Of a stretch of DNA of 64,000 nt, positions 24,928 through 36,900 are shown piece by piece. Position numbers and translations under genes: made by a program. The stretch's first letter is position 1; each line of letters starts with the position of its first letter. Source of the stretch: Massalongia carnosa (Eukaryota). The notes below the pieces were generated by a model that was not told the origin of the DNA, made no database searches, and was given only the letters and a program-made list of their open reading frames with translations. The DNA is taken from contig OZ287087.1 in the NCBI GenBank assembly GCA_965645245.1, forward strand, positions 1,488,001 through 1,552,000, written 5' to 3'.

Positions 24928-25266
24928 TGTTGTAATGTGCAAAGTCACCCGGCTGATGCCTAGTAAAGTGTTCAGAGTCACATAGTACCGCATTGGGATT
25001 AGTGCGTTGGTAAGAACATTAGGCAACACATAACGACCTCGAGAAGCACCGCAAAACTTCTATGAACATTCCCATCGAGTCATAAATTGGATATGAGTCA
25101 ATCACCAATCTTAGATTTCTAGGAAGCAGGAAGGTGAGTCATAGGGAGAACGGTTTTAGGCATGTTTTTCTATCTATATAAACACGGTCCTTAGATAGGT
25201 AGATAGAAAGATCAATCGTTTCAAAAGTGAGCTTTTTACTATGCCAGCAGAGCTTCAATTACAATA
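24928..25266. mobile_element. Solo LTR in transposon B
   Basis: tgttgtaat...attacaata ends, TSD aaaag. Confidence 0.75.
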
Positions 25267-25931
25267 AAAAGGATATGTTATCTATCGATAAGATGCGCAG
25301 CATGTAGTACTACGTATCAAGAATTTTTATCAGCTAATCCTAAAAGGGTAATTGCCGAGGTCTAGTTATAGCGAATCACTAAGAAACTTTCTAAAATTGC
25401 TTACGAATTCGCAATAGGCCGACATTCGTTATTTTACATACAAGAATCGCTCATCCATGAAAAAAATTCGTTTTAAGCCGAATTCGTTGGAAAAAGGTTC
25501 GTTTTAACCAGGGTTCACTGTATCTAGATATCCGTTCTGCAAGATAGAGTCTTGTATCTCTCCAGCCCTCCCTTGACACAGTCATTATCTGCTGTACATT
25601 TTCGCTTTGATCGGCTGAACCAGCCTCGCCATGATGAATGCGTTGTTTGAGTCCTCGTCGTCTTTTAAACCGATCCAGCAAGCCATTGCTCCATTTCGGA
25701 GTGGGAATACCTTCATACTGAGGCAGTTTGTTCCACAACTCGGTGGCCTTGGTCCGTAGCACGTCAGCATTAACAGTGAGACTGGCCTGTTCATATCGCT
25801 GCTCCCATTCGAACAAAGCATCTTCTAACACAGGCCATTTGGGAATAACTTCCCGTTTGATTGAACTCGTCTCCTCTTTATCATCCAAGTAAGCATATTT
25901 GGAACTAAGAATCTCGCTGATAGATGCACTC

Positions 25932-26394
25932 TGTAATAGCGCGGCAATACAGGACTGCGCTAGCTCCTGGGATGACTCACCCAAGAAGACCGGGTGACTG
26001 ATAATCCAGATGCTTAGTCATGATAAGGCGGATAGCAATACTAAGCCATCAGCAATCAGCCTTACCAGTTTATTAGGCAGCAACTGAAGCTATTCAGATA
26101 AGCCTCGATCTCATGGGAGGCCTGGGACGCCTAGGAGACCTCAGCTGAAGGCAACAAGGTTATCTGCTAGACCTCAGCTGAAGGCAGCAAGGCTATCTAC
26201 TAGACCTCAGCTGAAGGCAACAAGGCAGACAGGTAACCAGACAAGTAGTTAGTAAATAGGACCCCAAGGGGTATATAGAAAGCTCGATTCCCATCTTCAG
26301 GGAATCAGCTTTTAGCTTTAGCACCTACCAATCTATTAGCAGTCACACTGAGCATTATAACCCATAAGGACTAGTGTCTACTGTCCCTCTTATA
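25932..26394. mobile_element. Solo LTR in the transposase of A
   Basis: tgtaa...ttata ends, TSD cactc; removal restores WWKREYSYVPGS-ASISEIL; three internal agacctcagctgaaggc repeats. Confidence 0.82.
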
Positions 26395-27057
26395 CACTCC
26401 CAGGCACATAACTATACTCTCTTTTCCACCACATGCGACAGTCGTTCTAAGTCACTTTATTTTTTGAATCATCATTGTACCAGTCCCGAAGAGCTTTTCG
26501 CTGAATATTCGTGATTCCATGACGGGTATTTTTTCGAGGGGGGGAAGTTGACAAAGACATGGAGGCAGGCCATTCTCGAGACATATTTACAGCAGAATCG
26601 TAGCAAATATATGATAGTTTTACCACCTCGCTATAACGAACGTCACCAAAAATATGAAAATAAATTTCGTTATATCGTAATGGAGGGGTTTTTCATATAA
26701 CGAGGTTTTTACCATATAACTACAAAAAATCCGAAAAATAATTTCGTTATGCCGAGGTTTTCGTTAACTATACGGAACTTCCCTTTAGCGGGGTTCGACT
26801 GTACTGTGGTATCCGGCAAGTTTTTTGTTAGCGCGGTACATACAGGGGTGTGGAAACGCCACGTTTTTAGTCAATTTTACATGCATCTACCAATCAAACT
26901 TATTCAATATTTAGTATGTTTCCCATCTGCATCTATCACTGCTTGACAACGATCAGACATAGAAAAACCCAGCACGTCTAATTGCTCTGCTGTAAGGGCA
27001 TCCCAAGCTTCTCTTACTGCTTTTCTCAGATTATCGTACGATAGTTTATCCTGATCA

Positions 27058-30000
27058 TGTAGCACGTCGACCTAGATAGAAATCTAATAGGGACTATGTA
27101 CGAAAACTAGTAAGATGAACAAAGAAAGCTATGTACAGATCGCCGGTCAATAAACTCTCATACCCGTGCTAAGCCTAATGCAGGTTTTCATCACCGTCGT
27201 TGAACTGCTCATACCACGCGTGTTAATAATGTCGCTACAAGCAGTGCTAAATCCGTTTTCGGTTAGATAAGGTGAATAGCACTACGTCATGTGTTGCCTA
27301 AGGTTTGAGCGTTGTAATCCGTGACATTACCCCCTTCTTTAGATCGCGAATCACCTGATCGCGATTAGCGCCGTTCTTGTCAGGTGATGTAATTCCCGTT
27401 GACTGTTGTCAACCTGGTGCGAAATTCCACCGTGGTTTGCTAGGATAGCGCAAATAGAAATCCTCCACTATCTCCTTAGCATTTTCAAATCCATTAGCAT
27501 CGTACCAATCTGGATCGTCCGGATGGTCCTTCCATTTGACTCGAAATTGCACCTTTCCTCTTCGCCTTCTGGCATCCAGCACGTCATCAACTTCCCATTC
27601 TTCCTTACCTTCTATCACTACCGGAGGGGCTGGATCATTGATCTGCCCTGGTAATGGATCCTCCGCGGCCTTTCTCAATAGACTAGTGTGGAATACATTA
27701 TGAATTTTCATCGATTCGGGCAGAGCTAGCCTGCACGATGACCCAATCATCTTGTCTATTCGGTACGGTCCGATCATCTTGTGGTCCAGTTTCTTCGAAG
27801 TTCTCTCGGTATGGATATTTTTCGTTGACAACCAAACCATATCGCCCTCTTCATAGCTGACCTCCTTTCGATTCTGATTAGCCACCCTTTGCTGTCTATC
27901 CTGGGACTTCTTCATGTTTTCGTGAACGAACTCCCAGGTTTTCTTCATCTTTTCGGTGATATTTTGGGCACGTTCCTTAGCTAACCTTTCTCGAGTAGTA
28001 TCTGCAGATAGATCAACCACATCGAAACTCATCCTTGGTTCATATCCCTTTGTGGCCATAAACGGTGTCAACTTGGTGGAGGCCGATTCGCAAGCATTGG
28101 CCGCAAACTCCGCCATCGGTAGTAGCATCACCCAATCATCCTGGAAATAGTATACATAGCTGCGCAGGTGTCGCTCCATTTCCTGATTGGCTATCTCGCT
28201 CTGGCCATCGGTTTCCGGATGAAATGCTGTGGACAGTTTGGCCGTTATACCCAGTATTTTGCACATCGTTTTCCAGACCGCCGATACAAACTGCGGTCCC
28301 CGATCGGATACTATGCTACTGGGCAACCCATGGTATTTCCAGACGTTATTGATCAACAACTTCGCCGTTGCTTCGCTCGTGGTTCCATGTTCCTCGGTAG
28401 TGCATGGTATGTAATGCCTTTCTTCGATAATCGATCTACCACCATAAGAATCGCATTGAATCCTGCGCCCGACAGTGGAAGGCCCGTTACGAAGTCTAGT
28501 GATATATCCTGCCATGGTTGTTCGGGTATAGATAATGGCCTCAACAAACCATTGTACTTATCTCTAGGTGCTTTCGCACGTCTGCACACATGACAATTCC
28601 GTACATACCGTTTGATATCCGCTTCCATCTTGGGCCAGTAGTAATTCCGAGTTATCATCTCCAAGGTTCGAGCGACGCCAGGGTGCCCTACAGCTGGCTG
28701 ATCATGAATCTGACGGATTACCTCCAGGTTCAATTCATCCTGTGCGGGCACCCATAGCTTATTCCGCTTGTATAGCAAGCCGTCCTTGACCTGACAGTCT
28801 TTTAACGCCGGCGAGTTTTCCGAGTCTGAATCAAGTCCAGTGCTTGCAGCACTCAATGCCTGACGCATATTATTGCAATCCTCATCTGTGACATTGCCCT
28901 GCCTTACCTTTTCTTCCAAGGTCTGAACAGTCTCTTCCGTTTCTGTCTCGATGGGCGCCAGTTCGATGCGATTGCGGGGCAACAGAGTCTGTAGCTGATG
29001 CTGTTGGCGTTCGTCCTTCTCATCCTTGGGCTTATCGTTGGGTCTCCGGGTTAGAGCATCAGCCTTTTCATTATTTTTACCCGTTTGATAAACGATGACG
29101 AAGTTGAACTCAGATAGGAATTCCGCCCATCTAGCCTGTCGACGGGTCAATTTTTTGGTAGTCATGAAAAATTCCAAACTCTTGTGATCGGTGAAGACCT
29201 TTATAGGTATTTCTGTGCCTTCCAATTCTGGTCTCCATTGTTCAAAGCATCGAATGATAGCTAACAGTTCTTTATCGTAGATCTCGTAATTGCACTCGGC
29301 CGGGCTCATGTTCTTTGAGAAGAAGGCTACCGGATGCAACTCGTCATCCTCACCCATTTGGAACAGAATACCCCCACTGACATAATCCGAAGAGTCTGTT
29401 TCTAACCAACACTGTAGTTTTGGATCGAAATGAGCAAGAACAGGTGCTTCCACCACTCGATCCTTCAGGTCCTGGAACCCCTGAGCGCAAGCTTCGGTCC
29501 ATTCGAAGATTCTATCCTTCTTGGCCAGTGCATTTAATGGTCCAGCTAGTTTGGAAAAGCCTCGAATGAAGCGCCGATAGAAGTTGCAAAAACCTATAAA
29601 TGATCGCACCTCGCGAAGACAGGTAGAAACGCTCCATTCCATGATAGCCTTTATCTTTTCCGGGTCCATCTTGATACCATCCGTGCTGATGATCAGGCCC
29701 AAATACTTCGTTTCAGTGACGTGGAATTCACACTTATCCACATCGGCTTGAATGCCTGCCTCTCTTAACTTTGTGAGCACTCCCCTTACATGCTGACGGT
29801 GTTGTTTCAGATTTCTGCTATAAATCAGAATGTCATCCAGATAGGCCGTACAAAATTTGTCTAAGTATTCAAAGAGGACATCATTAATGAAGTGCTGCCA
29901 CGAAGCCGGTCCTCCAGTCAATCCAAATGGTAACACCTTGTATTTATAGGCCCCAAACCGTGAGTTGAAGGTGGTGAGGTCCTCCGACGCAGCCTCCATC

Positions 30001-32978
30001 CGAAGTTTATGAAAGGCCTGACGAATATCTATTTTGGAGAATATTTTAGCCTCTTTCAACTGAGCCAACGTTTCCTCGATCAAAGGTATTGGATAACGAT
30101 CCTTTTTAGTGATCTGATTCAGCCTTCGGTAATCTACGCAGAACCGTAATCCACCACTAGGCTTTTTCGCTAACAGAATGGGCGATGAGCATGCGGCATG
30201 GCTTGCTTCGATAAAGCCTTTTCTGAGATTGTCTTCTAGATATTTCTTGACAAACTCCAGTTCTTTCTGGGACATGCTCCGAAGAGGACTATATCCATGA
30301 TCTTTACCCCCTTCGAGCAGTATCTTGTGATCATGCAATCTATGAGGTGACAACGTATCAGAATCTATCTTCGAAAACACGTCCAAAAACTCGTGATACT
30401 CCGGCGGCACTACCAACTTTGGATCAGTAGGAGGCCTCGACTCCTTATTCAACTGATCGTCTATGTCCTTCATCGAGATCGCATAGACTTTTACCGCCTT
30501 ACAGTGAGTAAGATATCGGTAGGAGTCTGCACCAATGATGGCTACATCAACCGGCTTAGATGGTTTCGGATCGATCCTCGGAACTTCCTTTGGGATTGGA
30601 GTAGCCTCCGGTTTATCTTCCATGATAGATCGACGCAATATCTTTCGGGGTGAGATCACTGTAGTCAACTCCTCATCCGTCGATTTTTTTATCGATCGTT
30701 TCCAGTTTCCTAGGAGGTTCTATCAACTTAGGAGCACCCGGGTGGGTGCAGTGTCCAGGCCAGAACATGATTTTATCGCAACTCATGTCCAGAATGACTC
30801 CATGCTTTCGCATCCATGGTTTTCCTAGTATCATTTTATGCTGCCCCAGCTGTGTAATCAACAGAGGCGAGATTGTTTCCCTATAATTCTGCACGATAAG
30901 GGTAGGATAGATAGCGTGGGTGATAGGTTTACCCAAGCGGCCATCGAAACCTCTCACCGGCTTCGGTTTCGTCAATCGCTGCGGTGATAGTTGCAGTCGT
31001 TCACAAATCGTGCGCACCATCTTTTCATCAATAAAAGCATGTCCTGTAGCACCAGTGTCTAACAGAGTAACAAGCTCTATTTCTTCCTGATTGCCTAGTT
31101 TACATGAAGTAACAAGAGGTTCATCGGTAAACAAATCACCAGGCAAACAAGAGGATGAGATCAAAAGAGGTTTATCATCGTCATCTCCACTCGCGTCTTC
31201 GAGGGAGATCAGTCTTTTTTTGACTTCGGCTCAACATCTAACTCGTTAATGATGGCTGTCATCTTTGATTTCTTTTTAGGACAGTCCCTTGAGGGATGTC
31301 CGACCTCCTTGCAATTGAAGCACTTCCCTTCCCTGCTCAACCGCTCCCGTTCCGACTCCGATAGATAGGATCCTACGGTCCAGGACGACAAGGTCGATGG
31401 CGATGAAGGGGCACGAGACTCGGTGCGAGCATTTGGTGCCACATAGGTTTTGCTTTCGGTGGTAGCGGTAGGGGTGTTCGCCGGGACCACTACGCTGGTT
31501 GGTTTTTTTCCTTCGGCAAAGCGTTCCATCCTAGCCTTGCTACGATCCACATCCTTCAGAGCCTGATACATGCGCTGGCAACGCTGAGCGAACGCATATA
31601 GGTCGGTTGGTTCGTGATCGCCGGTGGCTAGCTGACGGCGCATATCTAGGTTGAGCTTGTGTTTCAACTCACCGATTAGGGTAGACTCATTGTGATCCAA
31701 CTCGGCGGCCAAACGCTGAAACTCCGCCCAAAAGGTATTGAAGTCCTTTTGACCCTGTCGCAGAGAACGGAATAGGTTCATGGCAGTCTGTTTGCGGTTC
31801 GGATCTCCATAAATTCGTTCCAAATGATCAAACATTTCCTCTGCAGTAAGAAAAGGTTTGATAGCATTTTTTCGGAGACGAGGTTCCAAATGGCCCATAG
31901 CCTCTCCGCCGACTCGGTTTTCCACATAGGCCTTTTTAAATAGCTCGGTAGGCATATGGTCTTCATTAGCTGCTAATTTGCTGCGCATTTTAGTCAACCA
32001 ATGATCGATACTCGGTTCTTTTCCATCGATAAAAACCGGTGGGTCGGGAAGTTTCATCGACTTCCATAAAGATTCTTCGCTCTGATTGGATCGTGCAGGG
32101 GAGCCCTGCAGGTCATGTGGAGGTGGAAATGGTGGTGGTGCATTACTCCCTGCAGGTGCAGTAGCTGCTGCGGCCATCCGCCGAGCCTCTTCAAGTTCTT
32201 CCTTCTGGTATTCAATCATACCTGCTTGGCGATTGATTTTGATCTGACTATCTTCTAAACTAAGCACAAGCTTATTATGTTCCACCACGACCTCCTCATA
32301 GTCTGACTTCATGTCTCGTATTATAGCCAAGACTGTTTCGGCATCCTCCTGCGCCCAGTGCCGAAGATGTTGTACTGTTTCTATCCTCCATGGTGAGTCA
32401 GCCCCGGGGCCTTCTTCACCGATGTCTATGGGCGGGATGAGAGACTCCCGTTGATAGTAGGTGGGTGTTTCGTTCGCGGATCTAGCCATTTCTATCGCTC
32501 TTCCTTACTCAGCTCTGTTGAGTATAGTCCAGTTTCGTTCGTTTTCGGGTTGTTATCGGATCTACTATCATATGCTGAGGATAGTCCTAGGATTTCGGAT
32601 CTGGTTCGTGTTTCGGGTGCTGACTGACTGACGGACTGACATACAGTTTGGTGGATTGTTTTATATCCTCCACAAGGGATAGCAAGATTTAGAGAGATCT
32701 TACTAGTTGTGTAGCACGTCGACCTAGATAGAAATCTAATAGGGACTATGTACGAAAACTAGTAAGATGAAGAAAGAAAGCTATGTACAGATCGCCGGTC
32801 AATAAACTCTTATACCCGTGCTAAGCCTAATGCAGGTTTTCATCACCGTCGTTGAACTGCTCATACCACGCGTGTTAATAATGTCGCTACAAGCAGTGCT
32901 AAATCCGTTTTCGGTTAGATAAGGTGAATAGCACTACGTCATGTGTTGCCTGAGGTTAGAGCGTTGTAATCCGTGACA
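27058..32978 (-). mobile_element. Ty3/Gypsy chromovirus, full length
   Basis: 269-bp LTRs 27058-27326 and 32710-32978, TSD gatca, PPT beside the 3' LTR; gag 31209-32489 (CFNCKEVGHPSRDC), A7 run at the -1 gag/pol junction, LLDTGATG, YLDD, integrase, chromodomain EWEVDDVLDARRRRGKVQFRVKW; pol has extra frameshifts. Confidence 0.96.
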
Positions 32979-33420
32979 GATCACCATATTGCATTTGAAT
33001 CCAGTCTTTCATAATGTTTTAAACATGCTCGATCGGATTCAAATCTGGTGAAAAGGGTGACCATTCAATGAATAAAATTCGTCGATATTTAAACTCCTCT
33101 CGAGTTAATCGAGCTGCATGACCAGGAGTATTGTCTTGCATGAAATGAAGTCCGGGATTGAGCTTCATCCAGCCTTCAACGATGGGCACAATGTGCTCAC
33201 AATATGACTGTTGATTAATGCTGCCCCAGTCCTTTTCCCAAAACAAATAAGGTCCCTTTTTGTTGGCCGAAAAACACCCCCAAATCATCCTTCCTCCCTT
33301 GCTCGGAAGACGAGGAATCACACAAGTTGGCTGCAGTTCTTCACCTGCTCGTCTCGTCACCCAAATGCGTCGATGGCGGGTGCTACTTACCCATGTTTCA
33401 TCACACCATAATATAGATTC

Positions 33421-33753
33421 TGTCGGACCGTTCTTATTGATCTAGAAATGATGTTCTCCTTGTCTATCTAAACTGGAAATTCTAGCTAGCTATATAGACC
33501 AATTCGCCACATTCTTTCATAATCTAGATATCTTCCAGCCACTTCTATTTACTAATAGATCATTAGTGATCCGGAACCCATGCGAGGTACAATGCTTTGA
33601 AATCATTGAGTATTAGAAATCAGATATATGGCATAGAAAGAAATAGCATCTGAAAGATCGAGGCCTCGGTTATTAGTCCGAAATCACGTGCTTTTCCTTC
33701 AACAGGATCTTACTTCGGGAATTGGCTTGAACCACGGTCTATTAATATCGACA
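33421..33753. mobile_element. Solo LTR in the Tc1 transposase
   Basis: tgtcg...cgaca ends, TSD gattc; removal restores KEQCES-ILWCDETW. Confidence 0.88.
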
Positions 33754-33942
33754 GATTCGCACTGCTCTTTGCTCCAACTCAAATGCTCTCGAGCCCATTC
33801 AAGACGTTTAACACGATTGATTTCGGAAATGATAGGCTTTCGACGTGCTAGTCTTGGAGAAAAACCCTCTTGTTTCAGAGCTTTTCGTATGGCATTCTCT
33901 GAGACATTCCATCCAAGTTTCCAGGCAATTTGATAGTAAGGC

Positions 33943-36900
33943 TGTTGAAATAGGTATATGACTATGGCTATATGGCTATGATAAAAATGGTATGTATGAC
34001 CGTGATGTTAAGGATGAAGAGTGCTGTTCAGCAGTCTTTGTCCCATAACTGGTCACCCTCTGCTAAGCGAGGTGATAAGATTATCTGAGCTGATCTTATC
34101 TAATCTCTAGGCTAAGCCTAATACGGCATCTACGGTTTCTGTAGGTGCTCTGTCCATCTTGGGCAGTCGTAGGTGCTATGTTCATTGAACTGGTAGGTGT
34201 TCACTGTACTGGTAGGAGTTGAATATTCAACACCCCCCCTCAAGTCCTGCCAGTACTTGTTTTGCCTGTAGGTTCAACCGTGGTTGAATTGTTATCCATG
34301 TGTAATTGTCTGACAAACGAGAAGAACTTAACATGAGTGAGAGGTTTTGTCAGTCCGTCTGCTATCATGTCTTCTGTTGAGACATAGGTGAGGTCGATTC
34401 GTCCCTCGAGGACCTCGTTCCGGATGAAGTGATGCTGAATGTCTATGTGCTTAGTCCTAGCGTGTAAGACAGGATTGTTGGCAAGGGCTATGGCGCTTTG
34501 ATTGTCGCCTTTTAATGCGATGGTGCCTTCTCCTCTTAACACATTTACCGTTGGGGATTCGTTGTCTATAGTCATTAATCCAAGTTCGGTCATCAGTAAA
34601 CGTAGCCATGTGGCCTCCTTTGCTGCTAAGGTAAGTGCCATATACTCTGCTTCAGTTGATGATAATGCGACGGTTGTTTCTCTTTTGGAGCACCAGCTTA
34701 TGGGTCCATTGTTTAACATGAAGACATAACCAGACGTTGACTTGCGTTCTTCCTTGTCTCCGGCCCAGTCGGAATTGGAATACCCTTGTATTGTCAGGTC
34801 TCCTCCGCCGAAGGTGATACCTCTGTCCTTGGTAGCGCTAAGATACCTGAGAATATGTTTGGCCGCTTCCATGTGTGTCCTGCTTGGATTTTTCGAATGT
34901 CGACTGACTGCAGATGTTGCAAAAGCAATGTCGGGTCTTGTTTCTATCATCGCGAACATGATGGATCCAACAATGGTTTGATATTGTCTAATGTCTTTGT
35001 CGGAGGCTTGGGATTCATTGGTGAAAAGACATTCTTCTCGCATGGGAGTATTGGCTGTTTTTGCATTTTGCATATGAAAACTTTCTAGCACTTTCTCAAT
35101 ATAGGTTGGTTGAGATAGCTTGATGATCCTTTTGACTCGATCTCGTTCGACCTTGAGACCTAAGTAGTAACTGATCGGTCCCATGTCTACCATTTTGAAT
35201 GCTAGCTTGAGTTGTCTCTTGACTTCGGTGATCATTTGGGAGCCCTTTGGACCTATGATGTTCAGATCATCAACGAAAGAAGTAACGATGGGACCTTTTA
35301 TGCCTTGAGGTGTGGCGAAGATGCTGTGGTCTGCGTGAAGCTTCTCGAGTCCTAATTTTTGCAGCAGAAAGGTAGAAAGTCGTTCATACCAGAGGCGAGG
35401 AGACTGTTTTAGACCATACAGGGCCTTGTTCAGTTTACATATCATGCCGGGTACGTCATAACCTTTTGGCATGTGAACATAGATGAGTTGATCAATGAAG
35501 CCATTGAGGAAAGCTGTCACTATATCGAGTTGTTCGATATCCAAGTCATGATAAGCAGCTAATGCGAATATCAGACGAAAGGCCATCGGCTTGACCACAG
35601 AAGCGAAGGTTTGATCGAAGTCTACTCCGTATTGTTGTAGATATCCCTTGACGACCCATCTAGCTTTGAAGCGGGTGATGTTTCCATTCACATCTTTCTT
35701 TAGCTTATATACCCACTTACCGCTTAATGCTATGTGTCCAAGTTTCATGGTTTCAATAGGTACAGTGTCCCAGGTGTTGTTTTCCATGAGGCTCTTGTGC
35801 TCTTCGTTCATTGCCAGGCTCCATTCGTTTGAATAGCTGGAGTTCATTGCTTGATGATATGTCTGTGGCTCAGCTATGTCTGATTGAACGAACGCATCAA
35901 GATCGTTTAGGTTTGCTGCTCCCTCTTTTTCCATTTCCTTGGCTAGAAGTATGAGTGGATCTTCTTCATCTTTGTCTACCATTGTGAAGATATGCTCTGG
36001 TTCAGTCAGTGCTTCATTAGACAGAAGGGCCAGTACTTGTGCTACATGAGCATGTTTCCTGGGCCTACCTCTTCCTCGTTTTGAAGCTTCAGTGACTTCG
36101 GGATTTAACCGTGGTTGAGTTCTGGAAGAGTTGGAAATGGCTTTAGGCAGATTCTCATCTTCTTCAACAATCATCACGGAATCGTATGTAGGCAGATCAG
36201 TCTCATTCTTGTCTATAGCATCTTCATGAATTCGTAGATCTTTGACTCGAATGACCTTGTAGTCTTTTTCCAGGAAGACGCGATAGATAGTGTTTCCGTC
36301 ATATCCACACAAGATTCCTTTCTGAGCTCTTGGGGCGAATTTTGCAGACTTGCTGTTCATTCCCTTTCGCTCTTGTTCATGAATCAATGCATAAACGGTG
36401 GATCCAAGTACTCTCAAGTGATCTAGCTTGGGTGGTTTGTTCTCAAAGACTTCATAAGGGGTTTTACCTCCCAAGGCGTTTGTTGGTCTAACGTTTTTGG
36501 TGTGAACCATGGCTAAAACGACTTCTGTCCACAGATAATCTGGAATTCCTCCACCAATAACTGTGCATCTTGTCATGTCCATGATGGTCCTACCCATTCG
36601 TTCTGCGACACCGTTTTCTTCTTGAGAATATGTGGCGGAAGGTTCATATATTATACCTTGTTGAAGGAACCAGTTATCTGACTTGTGACTGCGTAGTTCT
36701 GTGCCGAAGTCAGTGCGAAAGATGCTTATTGGCTTTGCTTTCCCAGATTTGTTTTGAGCCATGTTGTTGTATGTCAACAAGTGATCAAACCATTCACTTT
36801 TTTTGTGTCCCGTATAAACATGAGTGTATCTGCTGGCGTCACAGGTGAAGGTGAAGAAGTAGAGCTCTTCAAGGAGCCCTACTGGTTTGATTGGTCCTAC

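Larger units (their letters stand above)
22718..25520 (-). mobile_element. pogo/Tigger (CENP-B-type) DNA transposon B nested in A
   Basis: TIRs cagtgaaccctgg / ccagggttcactg with TA TSD; DDE_1 motifs YNMDEAAL, LLVDGFSAH, QPLDQGII; TGG>TAG stops. Confidence 0.9.
22318..26801 (-). mobile_element. pogo/Tigger (CENP-B-type) DNA transposon A, internally deleted, with nested elements
   Basis: TIRs cagtcgaaccccgc / gcggggttcgactg, TA on both sides; HTH fragment WPVLEDALFEW...WSNGLLDRFKRR and C-terminal fragment 22474-22713; no DDE core seen. Confidence 0.88.
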
